A stretch of 64,000 nucleotides of DNA, from NCBI RefSeq assembly GCF_006345805.1, contig NC_042998.1:78492001-78556000 (forward strand), given 5' to 3'. The stretch is from Octopus sinensis (taxonomy: Eukaryota). The notes under the pieces are model-generated. The model was not told the DNA's origin, made no database searches, and worked only from the letters and a program-made list of their open reading frames with translations. A program made the translations under genes and the position numbers. Each line of letters starts with the position of its first letter. Position 1 is the stretch's first letter. This document shows, in pieces, positions 62,849 to 64,000 of the stretch.

Positions 62849-63258
62849 TACTCTTTTACTCTTTTACTTGTTTCAATCATTTGACTGCGGCCATGCTGGA
62901 GCACCGCCTTTAGTCGAGCAAATCGACCCCGGGACTTATTCTTTGTAAGCCCAGTACTTATTCTATCGGTCTCTTTTGCCGAACCGCTAAGTGACGGGGA
63001 CATAAACACACCAGTATCGGTTGTCAAGCAATGCTAGGGGGACAGACACAGACACAAACATACACGCGCATATATATATATATATACATATATACGACGG
63101 GCTTCTTTCAGTTTCCGTCTACCAAATCCACTCACAAGGCTTTGGTCGGCCCGAGGCTATAGTAGAAGACACTTGCCCAAGGTGCCACGCAGTGGGACTG
63201 AACCCGGAACCATGTAGTTGGTAAGCAAGCTACTTATCACACAGCCACTCCTGCACCT
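62849..63258 (-). mobile_element. SINE family B, full length, well preserved
   Basis: Reverse complement: AGGTGCAGGAGTGGCTGTGTG...GGGTTCAGTCCC...ACCTTGGGCAAGTGTCTT...(TA/TG)n...GGCGGTGCTCCAGCATGGCCGCAGTCAAATGATTGAAACAAGTAAAAGAGTAAAAGAG. Confidence 0.93.
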
Positions 63259-63374
63259 ATGTATGTGTGTATATACGAGTGCTTCCCAACCATATGGGTC
63301 CGGGTTCAGTCCCACTGCATGATACCTTGGGTAAATGGCTTCTGCTATAATCTCGAGCCGACTAAAACCTTGTG

Positions 63375-63536
63375 CAGGGGCGGACCCAAAGTTGGGTGGG
63401 GGCTGAGGGGCACGTGCTCACTTCAAGAAAAGAAGTGCTGCCTTTATAAATAATGCTATTACGCCCTTTTCTCCTGGAATTGTATTCCTTTCTGACCTTG
63501 TGCCCTCTCTTCGAAAAATTCCTGGGACCCCGCCTG
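63375..63536. mobile_element. 162-bp MITE with 5-bp TSD inserted in a SINE B (63280-63700, +)
   Basis: TTGTG|CAGGGGCGGACCCA...TGGGACCCCGCCTG|TTGTG (63370-63374, 63537-63541). The host SINE reads through when the insert is removed. Confidence 0.75.
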
Positions 63537-63699
63537 TTGTGGGTGGATTTGGTAGACGGAAACTGAAAGAAGCCTGTCGTGTGTGTGTTGTGTGTGTGTG
63601 TGTGTGTGTATGTGCGTGTGTATGTGTGTGTGTGTGCGCGTGTGTGTGTGTGTGTGCGTGTCCCACAGCGGCTTGACAACAAGTGTTGGTGTATCTAAG

Positions 63700-63899
63700 C
63701 GTAGTTCTCTGGAAGATTCAGCGTGACATAGAATGTGACAAGGCTGGCCCTTTGGAATACAGGTACTATTCATCTTTGCCAGATGAGTGAGCCGGAGCGG
63801 CGTGAAATAAAGTGTCTTGCTCAAGGACACAACGCGTTGCTAGGAACTGAACTCACGATCGTGAACCGAATACCCTAACCACTAAGCCACGCGCCTTCA
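63700..63899 (-). mobile_element. SINE family D, 3'-truncated
   Basis: Reverse complement GTGAAGGCGCGTGGCTTAGTGGTTAGGG...GAGTTCAGTTCC...TTGAGCAAGACACTTTATTTCACG...GTACCTGTATTCCAAAGGGCC. Confidence 0.8.
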
Positions 63900-64000
63900 C
63901 ATGCTTTTAACGCACCAGTATCTCCACACCCAGCCAGCACCAAGAATCGCTTCTACAACCACCCCAAGTACCTACATAGTCCGATTATAGTGGTTGTAAA

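Overview
AT-rich eukaryotic DNA made almost entirely of SINEs, MITEs, decayed non-LTR retrotransposons, microsatellites and a 2.6 kb satellite. From memory the SINE families look like octopus families, so the host is inferred to be Octopus or a close coleoid; this was not database-checked. I cannot support any intact protein-coding gene, rRNA, true tRNA or CRISPR array. Most ORFs in the supplied track are microsatellite translations or TE relics (RTE, Tx1/L1, CR1-group, R4/Dong-like, Penelope RT). One orphan minus-strand ORF with a GTAAGT donor (41805-42150) could be a real exon. The most interesting element is at 32740-33134 (-): a tRNA-headed SINE-like unit whose 3' part carries a minimal type I hammerhead ribozyme motif of the kind found in Penelope-like elements. 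A second, variant hammerhead-like motif lies at 36822-36857 (-). Other notable structures are two long foldback elements, a satellite with higher-order repeats marked by an 18-bp cassette, repeated self-nesting of one SINE at the same site, two close copies of a non-autonomous Helitron, and several MITEs with readable target-site duplications (TSDs). Coordinates of decayed elements are approximate; TSD, TIR and ribozyme coordinates were counted by hand.
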